This document shows positions 50,090 to 62,616 of a stretch of 64,000 nucleotides of DNA, piece after piece. Below the pieces are notes generated by a model that was not told the DNA's origin, did not search any database, and was given only the letters and a program-made list of their open reading frames with translations. This stretch comes from Yuukianura sp. NJ FZ-2021. Lineage: Eukaryota. The position numbers were made by a program, and so were the translations under genes. Position 1 is the first letter of the stretch. Every line of letters begins with the position of its first letter. The DNA lies in NCBI GenBank assembly GCA_046563655.1, contig CM102287.1, positions 2,480,001-2,544,000 of the forward strand. Reading direction: 5' to 3'.

Positions 50090-53000
50090 TGTTAGGATGG
50101 CAATAAGTTAGAAGTTAGTTTAGGCTAGGTTAAATTTCCGTTCCAGAGTTTTTATTTTAAAGGTAAAAAATTAGACGATAAATTAGGGCCATCGACCATT
50201 AGGTTGAGAAATATTTGTTAACAGGGTTAGAACAATAGGTTCAAGCTAGTTTTCTGCTCTTGTCAATTTGAGACATAATTTGAGTGGGAATCCAAAAAGT
50301 CGTCCGCGTCCTGTGTGAGTATGTGTGGCGTGGTTCCTTTGTTTTTTAGTAATAAGAGTTGTAGAGAGCTAGGAGAGAAGAGGTGTGAAAAAGTATTGTC
50401 CTCTTAGCAATTAATTAAATAGAAGAATAAATTAACCAGAAATTAACCCTTTTTCGATCACGTCCTTCCAAATTCAGTGTTCCGGTAGTCAACGGTTAGT
50501 CGACTACGACCGAGCCTAACATTTTGGTGACCCTGGCCGGACTGCAGTGTTCGAAAAAGGTCAAGAAGGAAGTACTGGACGATTCATCCGTGCCGTGTGG
50601 CGGAACTAGTATCAATTGATTTACGTCCTGCCACTTTGTGGGCCCCACCCTGAGCATTCGGGGGTGGATAAGGTGAAAACGTTCCAGCTTAAGCTTAATT
50701 TGAATCGAATTAATCGGATTCTTTCCGTTCTTTTGAATCTTCTAACAGCTGATAAATGGATCGAGTCAAGAAAGAAAGAAAGGTGGTTCGGAGCACGATC
50801 ACGAAGATCACGAATGAAGTGGATCGAGAACTAGACAAGGACGAGGTTAGCAAAGCCATCCTTAAAGCGAAGTTCACCCGGCTGGATCAACTTCAACATG
50901 ACATTCAACGTTTGGATCGTGAAGTGCTGGATGGTCTGCTGGATAGTGAAGCGGATGACGAGACGTTGGAGGGTGAGCAGATTCAAGTGGAAGAATACCT
51001 CCAAAAGATCCTTGTCAGTCAAGGCAGCATCAACTCTTACCTCGACAAACGAAGTGAGGAGGTAAGCAGTCAGGATGACGCAGCTTCAATCCAATCTTCA
51101 GCCATGACCACAAGAAAGTTCAAGCTCCCGAAGATCCAACTCAAAACGTTCAATGGGGATCTAAAGGAGTGGCTAGGGTGGTGGGCGCAGTTTCGCAAGA
51201 TCCACGAGGATGAGTCCCTTGACCCCACTGATAAGTTCCAGTACCTGTATCAGTCGACAGTGGCAGGATCAAGGGCTCGGGAAGTCTTGGATGCGTATCC
51301 ACAATCAGCGGAAAACTACCCGAAGGTGATCGAAAAGTTGAAAACACGCTTCGGGAAAGAAAAGTTGCTGAAACACTATTACATCAAAGAACTACTGAAG
51401 TTGGTGAGTCCGTGCAGTAAGTCTGCAGAGGCTGTGTCAAACCTTTACTATGCACTGGATTCGCACACAAGGGCTTTAGCATCGCTGGGCGTAACCACAG
51501 AGCAGGCAGCTGATTTCCTCTATCCAATGGTGGAGTCATGCCTTCCGGAAGAACTGATGATTGTGTGGCAACGTCACCCGAATTATTTGAAGGATGGAAG
51601 CCAAGAAGACCCAGTTATGACGGAACTTTCGTACCTACTCGATTTTCTACGCGTCGAAGTCGAAAACCAGGAACAGCGGAAGTTGACCAAATTAGAGGGC
51701 CCTTCTACTCAAAAGCATCAAAGACACCGACGACCGGAGAAGGAACTTGGTCAAGAAGACGTTTCCACTTCGGCGGGACTGTTCGAAGGCAAAGGCAAGG
51801 AAAAGTGCATATTCTGTGCTAAAACCAATCACCAGAGTCATGAGTGTTTCAAGGCCCTCAACATGTCACTCGAAGAAAAACGAAAGAAAGTGAATGACTC
51901 CAAAGGGTGCTACATTTGCTTTAAAGGTCACATGGCCAAGGCGTGTAAGGCTCCGGTTCGTTGCTCACTGTGTTCCAAGAAGCACTACCATTTCATGTGC
52001 CCTGACCTTCACGCTTTAAAGCAAGCCCATGACAAACCGCCTGGTAACAATGGAACTCGTGAGGTAAAAGAAGTCACTCAAAGTTCCACTGAAACTGTTG
52101 CTGTTAATAGTGGAGTACAGTGTGGGGGTGACGTTCTGCTCAAAACAGTGCTAGTGTGGGTTGTGGGTAAAAGTGGAATTAAGCTGCTGGCTCGATTGCT
52201 CTTTGACGAGGGCAGCCAAAGCAGTTATGTGACCAGTCACGTCGTCCACAGTGTGTCCAGTAAGCCGGTGGGAGAGGAGCGAGTCAAGACCGTAATGATT
52301 GACGGTAAAGTGTCAGCAGGAACCCTCTTCTACAAACACGAACTCACCGTTCAGGACGCTGCTGGGTCAAAGGTCAAACTGTTGCTGAGGGAGAGACCTG
52401 TGATTGGAGGTATTCCACCGCGTGCTCAATTGGGGAAGTGGAGCAAAGAACTGGAAAGGAATGGCATCACAATTGAAGACCACGGTGGTAGTGCCCAACA
52501 CCGGCAAGACATAGACATTTTGATCGGGAGTGACTATAGGGAGCAGTTGATGACCGGCAAGAGGATTCATCTCAGAGATGGAGTCTATGCGGTTCAGTCT
52601 CTCTTTGGTTGGATGTTGTGTGGACCTGTGTTCAAGGCTGAAACTAGTGCTTGTGAAACTGTTATTCACAGTTACCTTACCGGATCCGTCTGCCAACTTT
52701 GGGATTTGGACTTATTAGGCATTCGGGATCCCGTACAAAAGTCTACTGAACTGGACAGCGATCAGAAGCTAAAGGAGACCTTCCAGAAACAAGTGACTCG
52801 AGAAACCACTGGAAGGTATGTTGTTAGTCTCCCATGGGTCAATGCAGAGGTAAAGTGCCACCTTCCTACAAACGAGTCTGTGAGTGTCAAAAGGCTAGAC
52901 TCTGCCACTGCAAAGTTGGAAAGACAAGGCAAGTTCAGCACCTATGATGCAGTCTTCAAAGGGTGGGAGGAAGAGGGGATTATCGAAATTCCAGTGCAAG

Positions 53001-56000
53001 TTGACCCCATGTCTGGACACTACTTACCTCATCGCCCCGTTTTCAAGGAAAGTGTGACCACCCCGGTTCGACCAGTCTTTGACGCTTCGTGCCGTGTGAC
53101 AAAGCGCCCGTCACTCAACCAGTGTTTGGAAAAGGGTCCAAACTGGCTGGAACTGATCCCTGCCATGCTCATCCGGTTCAGAGAAAAGAAGATAGGAGTC
53201 ATCTCCGACATCAGGAAAGCCTTTCAGATGATCTCCGTAGCACCAGAAGACCGTAAGTACCAGAAGTTTTACTGGTGGCGCGCCAATGGTGACAAGAAGG
53301 AGCTACAGCCATACCAACATTGTAGAGTGGTATTTGGACTGACGTGTAGTCCTTTCATCTTGGCGGCGATTCTGGACCTTCATTTGAGTCAAGTCAAGGA
53401 GCAATGGAAGTGCACGGCGGAACTACTCAAGCGGTCACTCTACGTGGACAACTGTGTGACGTCTTTCGACCATGAAGAAGAGTATCGCAAGTTCAAAGAC
53501 GAAGCAATTGATATCCTGACTGAGGCCAAGATGGATTTGAGACAATGGGAGTCACAAGTGGATCAAACTCCCATTCACCAGAGTGTCACGACCGTTCTGG
53601 GGTTACATTGGGACAAGAATAACGATACCCTGTATTGCCAAGTGCCCAAGGATTTTGAGTCAGAAGTTATAACGAAGAGGGTTGTTCTGTCGCTGGTGTC
53701 ACAAGTATTTGAGCCCATTGGATACGCAAGCCCGTCACTTCTACAACCGAAGTTGATGCTACAGGAAGCTTGGGCAACCGATTTGGAATGGGATGACCAA
53801 TGGGACAATGACCGAGGAGAAGCATTCTTAAAAGGGTACTCGGAGATCAGTGAATTAGAGAATATCCGAATACCAAGACACGCCTTTGGATTGTCTTCAG
53901 GCCCCGCCCGCATTCAACTCCATGTTTTTACTGATGCAAGTCAGTTGGCGTATGCTGGTGCAGTATTTGTGAGAGTGGCTCATGGAGATGGTCTGATCAC
54001 GGTTCAATTACTAGCATCTAAAGCCCGTGTAGCTCCACTCGACAAAAAGAAGAAGAACCGAGTCACCATTCCCCGATTGGAACTGCTTGGGTGTCTCGTT
54101 GGTGCTCGACTGTGGGAAGCTACAGCTACAGCGTTGGACACGAAGAATGTCGTAAGTCACTTTTGGACCGACTCAATGACCGCTCTGTCCTGGATTCAAA
54201 AAGAAGGAAACTGGGGCACTTTCGTTGGGAACCGGGTTAGTGAGATCGTCAGGTTGACAGGAGGCTCAAGTTGGCGACATATCCCTGGGATTTTGAACCC
54301 GGCGGATCTCCCTTCAAGAGGATGTCCACCCAAGGAGCTCCGCCAGTCAAAATGGTGGGAGGGACCGGAGTGGCTCTACCAAGAAGAATGTAACTGGCCC
54401 AAATCAGAAGCTGTTGTGGATGAGCAACTGGTAAACGCTGAAAAGAAGAAAACTACTCTCGTTGCCGTCCAAACTGACTCAGTTGAACCAAGGTTTTCGT
54501 CTTATTTGAAGAATGTACGAGTGGCAGCCTGGGTGAAAAGATTCCTGTACAACTGCAAGGTCAAGCCCGAAACTAACCGAATCAAGATTGCAAGCATTGG
54601 GAAGAAGGAGTTGTTGGCAGCAGAAGCGGATATCCTCAGAGATATTCAAAGGCGGTATTTTGGCCAAACTCCGAAATTGAAAAATCTGGATGTGTTTCTT
54701 GGTGAAGATGGGCTGTTGCGGGTGAAATCAAGGCTCACATACAAGACAGACACAGATCAGTTCCGAAGCCCGATCTTGCTACCAAAAGAAGATCCCATGG
54801 TACATCTTCTCGTTCATCATGTTCATAGGAGCAGTGGTCATGGAGGGGTACAATTCGTCCTTGGGAAGTTACGAGAGAAGTATTGGCTTCCACAAGGTCG
54901 AAAAACTGTTGGAGCCGTTCTACAGCGGTGTGTAGTGTGCAAGCGTCATAAAGGCCAAAGTCTACAACCAGAAGCTGCTCCACTCCCGAAGGACCGCGTT
55001 GAAACAGTTTTCTCCTTCCAAACCACTGGAGTCGACTTAGCAGGGCCGGTGATTTTGAAGGGAGGAAGCAAGGCATGGATTGTCCTCTATACCTGCGCCG
55101 TTTACAGAGGAATCCATTTGGATCTTGTCACTTCACTCTCCTGGGAAGCGTTCATTTCTTCGTTAGAACGTTTTGTGAGTGTGATCGGACGGCCCAACCG
55201 CCTGTACAGCGACAATGGGACAAATTTTGTGGGTACCCGGAACGTCATGAAGCTGCTGGACTGGAAAACCTTGGAACGAGAATTTGAAGCCAAAGAAATC
55301 AAGTGGACTTTCAATCCGCCCGCAGCGCCCTGGTGGGGAGGTTGGTGGGAAAGGATGGTTCGCTCAACCAAGGAGTTGCTCCGAAGAATGCTAGGAAACG
55401 CCAAATTGACCCAGGAGGAGCTCCTCACTTGCCTAGCAACGGTGTCCGGAACGATCAATGATCGCCCATTGACGACGCTAACCGAGGATGGCGGAGACCT
55501 CATTCCCCTTACCCCAAGAATGTTTATGAGGGACCTTCCAATCGCTGTATTTCCAGAAGGTGACGAAATCGGAGCATCACAGTTAAGAGGTGCCTTCAAG
55601 AAGTTGCAAGAGCTTAAGGCGGCCCTCCGAGCCCGATTCCGAAAAGAGTATTTGGCGATGCTGGTCCAGAAGGGGAACGAGAAACCGTCAGTTGAGCCGA
55701 GAGTGGGAGATGTCGTTTTGATTGGCTACGATGACCGGAAGCGTTTCCAATGGCCTCTCGGGAAGATTGTGGAACTCGGAGCAGGAGCCGATGGCAAAGT
55801 ACGAATAGCCAAAGTCAGGATCGCGTGTAAACCCAAAGTCCCTGGAGACTATAGCTGTACAATCCTCACTCGCCCTCTTCAACGCCTTTATCCCTTGGAG
55901 ATGTCCATCATGGAAGAGCGTTTCAAGACCATTAGGAAGGAGATTGTAGAAGAGGTCAAGAACAAGGCGAAAGTGATCTTAGAAGATGATGAGCCGGAAA

Positions 56001-56607
56001 CAACCGATGGCGAAACTGTAACCACTCGGAAAGGGCGTCTCGTCAAGAAACCTCAGCGTTATGGAACGTGGAACTTTTAGGTTAAGTTAATGCTACATTT
56101 TCTTCAGTCCGTTTAGAGTTTCTTTTGTGTTAGTTTTTCTTTAATCGGTTCCTCTTAAAGAAAAGGTGGGAGAAATGTTAGGATGGCAATAAGTTAGAAG
56201 TTAGTTTAGGCTAGGTTAAATTTCCGTTCCAGAGTTTTTATTTTAAAGGTAAAAAATTAGACGATAAATTAGGGCCATCGACCATTAGGTTGAGAAATAT
56301 TTGTTAACAGGGTTAGAACAATAGGTTCAAGCTAGTTTTCTGCTCTTGTCAATTTGAGACATAATTTGAGTGGGAATCCAAAAAGTCGTCCGCGTCCTGT
56401 GTGAGTATGTGTGGCGTGGTTCCTTTGTTTTTTAGTAATAAGAGTTGTAGAGAGCTAGGAGAGAAGAGGTGTGAAAAAGTATTGTCCTCTTAGCAATTAA
56501 TTAAATAGAAGAATAAATTAACCAGAAATTAACCCTTTTTCGATCACGTCCTTCCAAATTCAGTGTTCCGGTAGTCAACGGTTAGTCGACTACGACCGAG
56601 CCTAACA
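50090..56607 (+). mobile_element. Full-length BEL/Pao LTR retrotransposon
   Basis: 432-bp LTRs 50090-50521 and 56176-56607 (TGTTAGG...CCTAACA), no differences seen by eye; 5-bp TSD CCTAT; PBS TGGTGACCC at 50525 (tRNA-Trp-like); polypurine tract at about 56157-56175. Confidence 0.97.
50756..56080 (+). CDS. BEL/Pao gag-pol polyprotein, 1774 aa, uninterrupted
   Basis: KLPKIQLKTFNG gag segment, three Cys/His knuckles, protease LFDEGSQ, RT (DIRKAF..VVFG..YVDN), Pao RNase H (FTDAS..TIPRLEL..WTDS..NPADLPSRG), integrase (DLAGP..SDNGTNF..WWGGWWER). Confidence 0.97.
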   Translation: MDRVKKERKVVRSTITKITNEVDRELDKDEVSKAILKAKFTRLDQLQHDIQRLDREVLDGLLDSEADDETLEGEQIQVEEYLQKILVSQGSINSYLDKRSEEVSSQDDAASIQSSAMTTRKFKLPKIQLKTFNGDLKEWLGWWAQFRKIHEDESLDPTDKFQYLYQSTVAGSRAREVLDAYPQSAENYPKVIEKLKTRFGKEKLLKHYYIKELLKLVSPCSKSAEAVSNLYYALDSHTRALASLGVTTEQAADFLYPMVESCLPEELMIVWQRHPNYLKDGSQEDPVMTELSYLLDFLRVEVENQEQRKLTKLEGPSTQKHQRHRRPEKELGQEDVSTSAGLFEGKGKEKCIFCAKTNHQSHECFKALNMSLEEKRKKVNDSKGCYICFKGHMAKACKAPVRCSLCSKKHYHFMCPDLHALKQAHDKPPGNNGTREVKEVTQSSTETVAVNSGVQCGGDVLLKTVLVWVVGKSGIKLLARLLFDEGSQSSYVTSHVVHSVSSKPVGEERVKTVMIDGKVSAGTLFYKHELTVQDAAGSKVKLLLRERPVIGGIPPRAQLGKWSKELERNGITIEDHGGSAQHRQDIDILIGSDYREQLMTGKRIHLRDGVYAVQSLFGWMLCGPVFKAETSACETVIHSYLTGSVCQLWDLDLLGIRDPVQKSTELDSDQKLKETFQKQVTRETTGRYVVSLPWVNAEVKCHLPTNESVSVKRLDSATAKLERQGKFSTYDAVFKGWEEEGIIEIPVQVDPMSGHYLPHRPVFKESVTTPVRPVFDASCRVTKRPSLNQCLEKGPNWLELIPAMLIRFREKKIGVISDIRKAFQMISVAPEDRKYQKFYWWRANGDKKELQPYQHCRVVFGLTCSPFILAAILDLHLSQVKEQWKCTAELLKRSLYVDNCVTSFDHEEEYRKFKDEAIDILTEAKMDLRQWESQVDQTPIHQSVTTVLGLHWDKNNDTLYCQVPKDFESEVITKRVVLSLVSQVFEPIGYASPSLLQPKLMLQEAWATDLEWDDQWDNDRGEAFLKGYSEISELENIRIPRHAFGLSSGPARIQLHVFTDASQLAYAGAVFVRVAHGDGLITVQLLASKARVAPLDKKKKNRVTIPRLELLGCLVGARLWEATATALDTKNVVSHFWTDSMTALSWIQKEGNWGTFVGNRVSEIVRLTGGSSWRHIPGILNPADLPSRGCPPKELRQSKWWEGPEWLYQEECNWPKSEAVVDEQLVNAEKKKTTLVAVQTDSVEPRFSSYLKNVRVAAWVKRFLYNCKVKPETNRIKIASIGKKELLAAEADILRDIQRRYFGQTPKLKNLDVFLGEDGLLRVKSRLTYKTDTDQFRSPILLPKEDPMVHLLVHHVHRSSGHGGVQFVLGKLREKYWLPQGRKTVGAVLQRCVVCKRHKGQSLQPEAAPLPKDRVETVFSFQTTGVDLAGPVILKGGSKAWIVLYTCAVYRGIHLDLVTSLSWEAFISSLERFVSVIGRPNRLYSDNGTNFVGTRNVMKLLDWKTLEREFEAKEIKWTFNPPAAPWWGGWWERMVRSTKELLRRMLGNAKLTQEELLTCLATVSGTINDRPLTTLTEDGGDLIPLTPRMFMRDLPIAVFPEGDEIGASQLRGAFKKLQELKAALRARFRKEYLAMLVQKGNEKPSVEPRVGDVVLIGYDDRKRFQWPLGKIVELGAGADGKVRIAKVRIACKPKVPGDYSCTILTRPLQRLYPLEMSIMEERFKTIRKEIVEEVKNKAKVILEDDEPETTDGETVTTRKGRLVKKPQRYGTWNF

Positions 56608-57049
56608 CCTATTCTTAGAACTTCATAAATCTTTTTCAAAAATTGAAGAATTAGAATCCGTAGTGTCGTTGTCCAAAAATCCACTGGTCACAGTCTTACC
56701 AAAAAGTGAGGTCAATGACCTTGACCAATTTCTTGCAACTTTCTCCTAAAAAAAAAGTTTTTACAATGTCTTGACGACACGGGGAACACTTTGAGTAAAA
56801 TCAACATCTTGTTTTCACACACTCAGCAACGTTTGAGTTGACCTTGGTTGTTCAGTCGCAGTCAGTCGCTGGAAGTTGAGCCGACAGGAGTCCACACTCA
56901 ATTGTTCCGTCAAGTTCATCGGAAACAGAGGTCAGTCATCCCAAGTAAGACAAAACTTTAATTAACTATGGTTTAAAGTTAATTCAACTTTAACGGAACT
57001 CTGGTCTGTTTTAGGTGGAAGATCTTTGTTGCTTGTGCGTCTGCTTGAA

Positions 57050-57505
57050 ATGGCTTTGTCAGGATCAGTTGCTGGTCGTCGCTGGATGACGTTGGTCATG
57101 GTGGCTCTCATTGGTGGATTCTGGATTGGTGGGGCTGGAGCCACCGACAAATCGTCGTCGCCACTCAAACCGCGTGCTGGACGAGAGGAGTCAGAGTGGT
57201 GCATGGCATTTGCGAAAGACGAAAGCTGCTTCGCAGACTTTTTAGAGAAAATACAAAAAGAGGCGATGGACAAGTACTCCGATTCCAAATATGACCCCGA
57301 CAGACGACGTAAGTTCATCGTGGAACAAAGAGACTGCTGCGCCGACAAAGGATATGAAAGATGCTATGAACTGGGAGCAGCGTTTTATCTTGCGACGAAG
57401 GCAGACTACAAAGATTCATTGGGACACTGCACAGCAGGCGCGAAGAATGCTGGATTCATTCCAGCCATGCTGGCAGCAACTATTTTTCTTACGCTCATTT
57501 TCTAA
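57050..57505 (+). CDS. Putative GPI-anchored six-Cys protein, family member 3
   Basis: Tandem duplicate of member 2 with the same Cys spacing, RAGR site and hydrophobic tail. Confidence 0.75.
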   Translation: MALSGSVAGRRWMTLVMVALIGGFWIGGAGATDKSSSPLKPRAGREESEWCMAFAKDESCFADFLEKIQKEAMDKYSDSKYDPDRRRKFIVEQRDCCADKGYERCYELGAAFYLATKADYKDSLGHCTAGAKNAGFIPAMLAATIFLTLIF

Positions 57506-60487
57506 ACTCTCCGAACAATTTTTACTTCGAATTACTCATGTCTATTTTTAGAACTTTCTCAACCTTAAAATCTCAAAATTTAAAAAGTTAATAAACTTAA
57601 GAGTGTCATTGTCGAAGTATTTATGATTATGTGACGATTATTTTTCTAAACAAAGAGGTCAAGTATTAGTTTAGAACTTAAAAGTTAGTGCTGGAAGTGT
57701 GTCCAGAGTGTCTCCTGGACACTTAATCCTCAGTTGTATTTTGAGCCAGACGCGTTTGGTCACTCACATCACCCAATTCAAACTAAAATGAACTAATCCG
57801 GATCTCAACTGACCTCGCCCAGCAGGTTAGGAATTTTCCATGAGTTAAAACACTGTTTCATTTCAACACTTGGGTTCAACTCGTTTTAACTCTCAGAAGC
57901 AGTCTAGACTTAACATTTTTGACTCAAGTTGAAACATATTGAGGACAGATTTTAATATCTCAACCTAATTTTACTTCTACTTTTATCATATTTAGATTAT
58001 TACTTTATATTATTTGTTAAAGTTATTGCTAAATTAGTTCAGTTAACCTGCGAGTTCCATCTCTGGAGAAAGTGAAAGTTTTAGTGGAGAGAAAGTTTGA
58101 GATACTTTTCACTTCCTCCGCTTGCCGCCGCTCGTGTAACTTCTCTAAAACTTCCTTTCTACAATTTAAAACAGTTGCAATTTTTTTTTAAAAAAAAGAA
58201 TGAAAAACAGAAAAACTAATTTGACAAATTGAGTTAAATTTTTGATCTCCCCAATTAAACTACTCAAAATCCCATCTGGAGAAAGCTTTTCCCTCTCAAT
58301 TTCTCTATTAACTTTCTCTTTTGTCTTTCTTTACTGCAAGTGGCGTCCTGGCCTTACATCCCATTGTTTCCAGAACATTTCACTTTATGGTCAACACATC
58401 CCCATTGGCATACCAATTCCACTCTAACAAAAATACACTTTCACTAACCTAACTTTCAACCTAACATTCCTCCCAGCCTAACTTTGAGCCTAACCTAGCA
58501 TTAGGTTATGCAGAACGTCCATAATGAACCCACATCCCCCTCCCTCATCATTTGAATTCAAAAACTCCCGCTTTTACTCTAATTTATTTCACAGCTTCTT
58601 CTGGGAATTTCAAAACAGAGTGGGGGAGGATTCGTTCCGCAAAGTTAAGCTTCTGCACTGGAAACAAATCCACGACACTCCTTCGTCACGACACAAAAGT
58701 TTTCAAATCAAAAGTACACTAAGAGACTTTGAACAGGATTTTCAAAAAAGTAGAATTTGAAAAAGTTTATTTTGAAAAGTCCCGCTTCGACGAAGGAGGA
58801 CCAACGGTAGTATTTTTCTTTTACTCTAAGCTTTTTTAGGAGTGAAAGCATTTGGGAACGTGTGAATTCTGAAAGAAGACGCGCCCTATTCCTACTTTTT
58901 TAAATTTTGAAAATCCACCCTCGCTGTATAGTTTTTTGGAGAAAGTGAAAAGTGAATCTCTTCTGTGATTCCAAATGGAATGGAAGGGATTTCGAATTCC
59001 CATTCTTCACGCTATTATTTCTGTTCGCTTTCACTCAAACTTTTTTTGAAAAAAAAAAGGAAACTTTTTTTTTCAAAAAGAAGTGAAAGCGGGAAAAGTC
59101 GCTTAATGGACACATTTGAGCTAAACCGGCTCCCTGTTATTCTTTCTTTCTTTTTGAAAATTCGAAACGAGAAGGTGAAAATCTTCGAAGTTTTTTGGTT
59201 TTTCGTATTAAAAAGCGTGTTTTTTGTTTTTCATAATATATTTTATATATTTTTTGTAGAATGATGGAGGTGACAGAGGTGGACCTCTGCTGTTGTGTCT
59301 AAAATGCACTTTTTCTTCCTCTCCATTGTGATAAATGGTATTTGAATTTCAAAGTTCATGGGTTAAGAGAAGGGCTAAAAGAACACATGGATCACACCCT
59401 GTCTACAAACATAATTTAATACTTTTTCAAAAAAAAAAGTTTCAAAAAAACATCATCTTCTGATGTAGGATCACGGGAAATTTGGAAAGCTAGACACTTA
59501 CCGGCTGCTTTTCAAAATATTTTCACCCTCTTTTGCTTTTAATGTTCAGTTTTGCTAATAAAAAATTATTCCACTTCGAAAATCTCTCCCATTAAAAACC
59601 AGTTTTTGAAAAAAGAAAAGAACAGCAAACTGCTTTTTAATTCCATTTTTAATTTAAGGGTTGAGTGAAAAATGTAAAAGTGAAAGTTCAGGTTCAAAAA
59701 AGCATAAAAAAGAGAGGGTTAAGACAAATAAAAATGCATGAGTCCCTTGGTGCTTTATTTTGTGTTGACACCTTATGAAATATTAACCTTTTATATTATA
59801 TCCACTTTTGAATTATTACCTCAACAGAGGAAAAAGAGCGGCAAAATTCAAAAAAGAGAGGAAGAGAAGAAAATGCCCGGGAAAATTCAAAAGTGAAAGT
59901 TCGGTGAGGGTGAGACGGTGAAAGTGGAGGAAAACCAACATCTTCCCCCTCCAGGTTTTTTTCTTAAAAAAAGAAGAAGAGGGAAGAATTTTTTCAGAAA
60001 GAGGAAAAAATCCAAGAAAAAAAAAAGAAAAAGTAAGGAAAAGCGAGAAAAATGGAGGAAATGGAGAAAGTACAAGATGTGAATCACTTGTCTCTTTTTT
60101 TTCTCGTATCAAATCTTGTGTCTAAATCCGTTTTTTCACCACCACCCTCCAATCCATTGGATAATATCAATGTATGACAAAGGCAGAAAGTCACTTTTCC
60201 ATTGATCTCTAAACGAGCAGGGGAGAAAGTTTTTGGAATCTAGAAAAGTTCGCGCCTTTTCCATTTTCTTGGTGGATTTTCCTATGACAACCCACGTTTG
60301 AACAAAATTATTTGGTGATTTCTTTTCTTGATGTTTTATGTCGCTTGATTCTCAAAAACACGCTTTTGGACGACTTGAACTTGCCTTAGAGCAAGGAACT
60401 GACTGCATCAAAATTTTCGTAGTTTTCTAAAATTTCAAGATTCAAAATTTTTCAAATTTTAGTTTTTGAGATCAAAATTTAGGAAGA

Positions 60488-62616
60488 ATGGCCGAAATTG
60501 AGGCACAGCCAAGTCCATCCAATGGGAATGAAGAAACTGATGAGCCGGAAGCAGAAGAGCAGCGACAAGAGCCGAGCAGCGGTGGTGGCTGTAACTTTGA
60601 CCGCGGACAGCCGGCTAAAAGATATGGCGACATCGATGTCGCCGATAGGTATGAAATTTTTGGCGGGAAACTTTGAAATTTGAATTTGACCTTTGACCTT
60701 TTGACCTCAGGTTGACCTTCCCCCGTGGGAACAAAGTTGACCTGGTATATGCCAACACTCCTAAGCCATATGGCCTCGTCCCGCTCACTTTTCTGCCAAT
60801 TTGGCCAGAATTATCCACGGACACAAAAATCCCGATTCTCCCGGCACCTAAAGACATTTTCGAAATTTCGCGAGGAGAAGTTGGCGAAGCGGTAAGCAAT
60901 GACTGTCTTAAACAAAATTTCAATTTTTTTTTAATTTCAAAATTTCAATTTCTTTTAATTTCAAAATTTTGATTTTTAGCTGTATCGTCCACCTCCTGAT
61001 TTCACTACGACGGATCCCTTGAACAAAGAGAAAGTCGTCACAGCTCCCTACACGGCCCTTCACGATCCATTTGCAAAAACTGTTTTTGAAAATCCCGCCA
61101 GTTTGGAATTTTTGAAAAAAATGAAACTCGTTGCTCCGGATGGCCAAGTACTTTGCAGCACCAAAGATTTTAACGACTACCGCCGCTATTTGAACAAACG
61201 TTTGCTTCAAGCAGACCTCAACGCAACTTATGCCAAAATGGTACCAAAAATTCAAAATTTTAAAAAATTTAAAAATTCAAAATTTTCTTTTTACTTTTGA
61301 TCTTTGACTTTAGGATAACATGGTAGCTCTCCAAAAGAAACAGTTGCAAGAAATTCGGAAAGATGTGAGCAAGCGTGAAGGCAAACTGTTCAAAATTGAA
61401 CAAACTCAGCTGCGTGCTAAACAGATGAACGCTGAAAAGATGTCTGAATTGCGGAAGCGATTTCTGCTGAAAAACGCTTACACTGATTTCCGAGCTCAAG
61501 CGCACCAGCAAATGCTTGTGGAAGAAAGAACCAATCGCATGCTTATTGGAATTGCTAAGGAAAATCGAATTCAAACTAAAGTTCAAATGGTGCGGGAAGA
61601 ACAGGAAGAACGACGAAAATTTCTTGTTCGAAAAATTCAAGAAAACGAACGCCGAACTGCCGACTACCGACAGTCTGAAAAATGTCGTAAAGCCAAAGAA
61701 AGAGAAGAATTTGTAAGCGATTTTTCCGAAATCTCAAATTCTCCAGGCGATTTTCTGAAATGATTTTTTGAACGATTTTTTAAGATTTCTTGGAAATATT
61801 TTTTAGCTTTTTGATTGGCTGAGCGTTCGCTGCGAAGCGCAGAAACAGCAAATCGAGAGAGCCGCAGAAACAAAGAAAACGGTTACGGCGACCTTGAAAC
61901 GAAACGCAATGAAACGACAAATGAAGGTTGATGCACATAGAGCTGGAATGGGTAAACAATTTTTAAAAATTTCAAAACTTTTTTTAAATTTTGAACAATT
62001 TTTTGAAATTTTTGTTTATAGTTGATAGAATGATAGCTCGTGCAGCGGAGGAAGAAAGAATCTGGGCTTTGGTGCGTAAATTCTTTTACCGCTGGTTGGA
62101 CAACGTGCGAAAACGCAAAGCTCGACGACCAGACGAATTCCATCGCAGTTTCTGGGAGATTCGAGCAGAAGTGGAAGCTGCAGTGGTTCATCTTCGTCAA
62201 GAATCTGGATACGGTATGATTTAAATCCGGTTTTCAAACCGGTACGGCCGGTTTTCAAACCGGTACTACTTAAAACTTTAAATTTTGGAATTGCAGAGAA
62301 GTTTGACGACTTCATCATGAACATTGTGAAGTTGAAACGCGACATTATGGCTGAAATGGAGTCGGAGGAGCAGGCAGAAGCTGCTGCTGCTCTGGGATGG
62401 GCCAAACATGAGGCGGAAGAGGCTGAAGCACAGTCGCAAAATGTCGCTGAAGGTGACAATGTCGCCAAAAGTGACAATGTCGCTGAAAGTGACCAAGGTC
62501 AACGTCCAGCTGAAGGTCAACCGGGGTCAAATGCGGCTGAGCCGAGTGAAGTTCCAGTGGTAGCCTCCGTGCTTCCGCCTGAACCAACTCCGTCAGAAGA
62601 AGATGAAGAGGATTGA
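60488..62616 (+). CDS. Fibrous sheath-interacting protein 2 (FSIP2) N-terminal-domain-like coiled-coil protein, multi-exon
   Basis: TKIPILP..GEA|LYRPPPDFTTTDP..YTALHDP..LKKMKLV..GQVLCSTKDFNDYRRYL resembles the FSIP2 N-terminal domain; followed by coiled coils and an acidic tail. Confidence 0.75.

Noticed and set aside
50625..50680. Self-cleaving ribozyme in the retrotransposon leader (CCACCC..GGGGGTGG hairpin, CTGAGCA..GAAA)
   Set aside because: The core does not match the hammerhead CUGANGA consensus and I could not build an HDV-like fold.
53440..53455. RT motif YVDN instead of YxDD as an inactivating mutation
   Set aside because: To my knowledge YVDN occurs in many BEL/Pao elements, and the intact LTRs and ORF argue for recent mobility.
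57750..60150. Minus-strand gene suggested by several donor-like sites
   Set aside because: I could not join the candidate exons into a coherent ORF; the ORFs listed there are low-complexity A/T artefacts. A non-coding transcript is not excluded.
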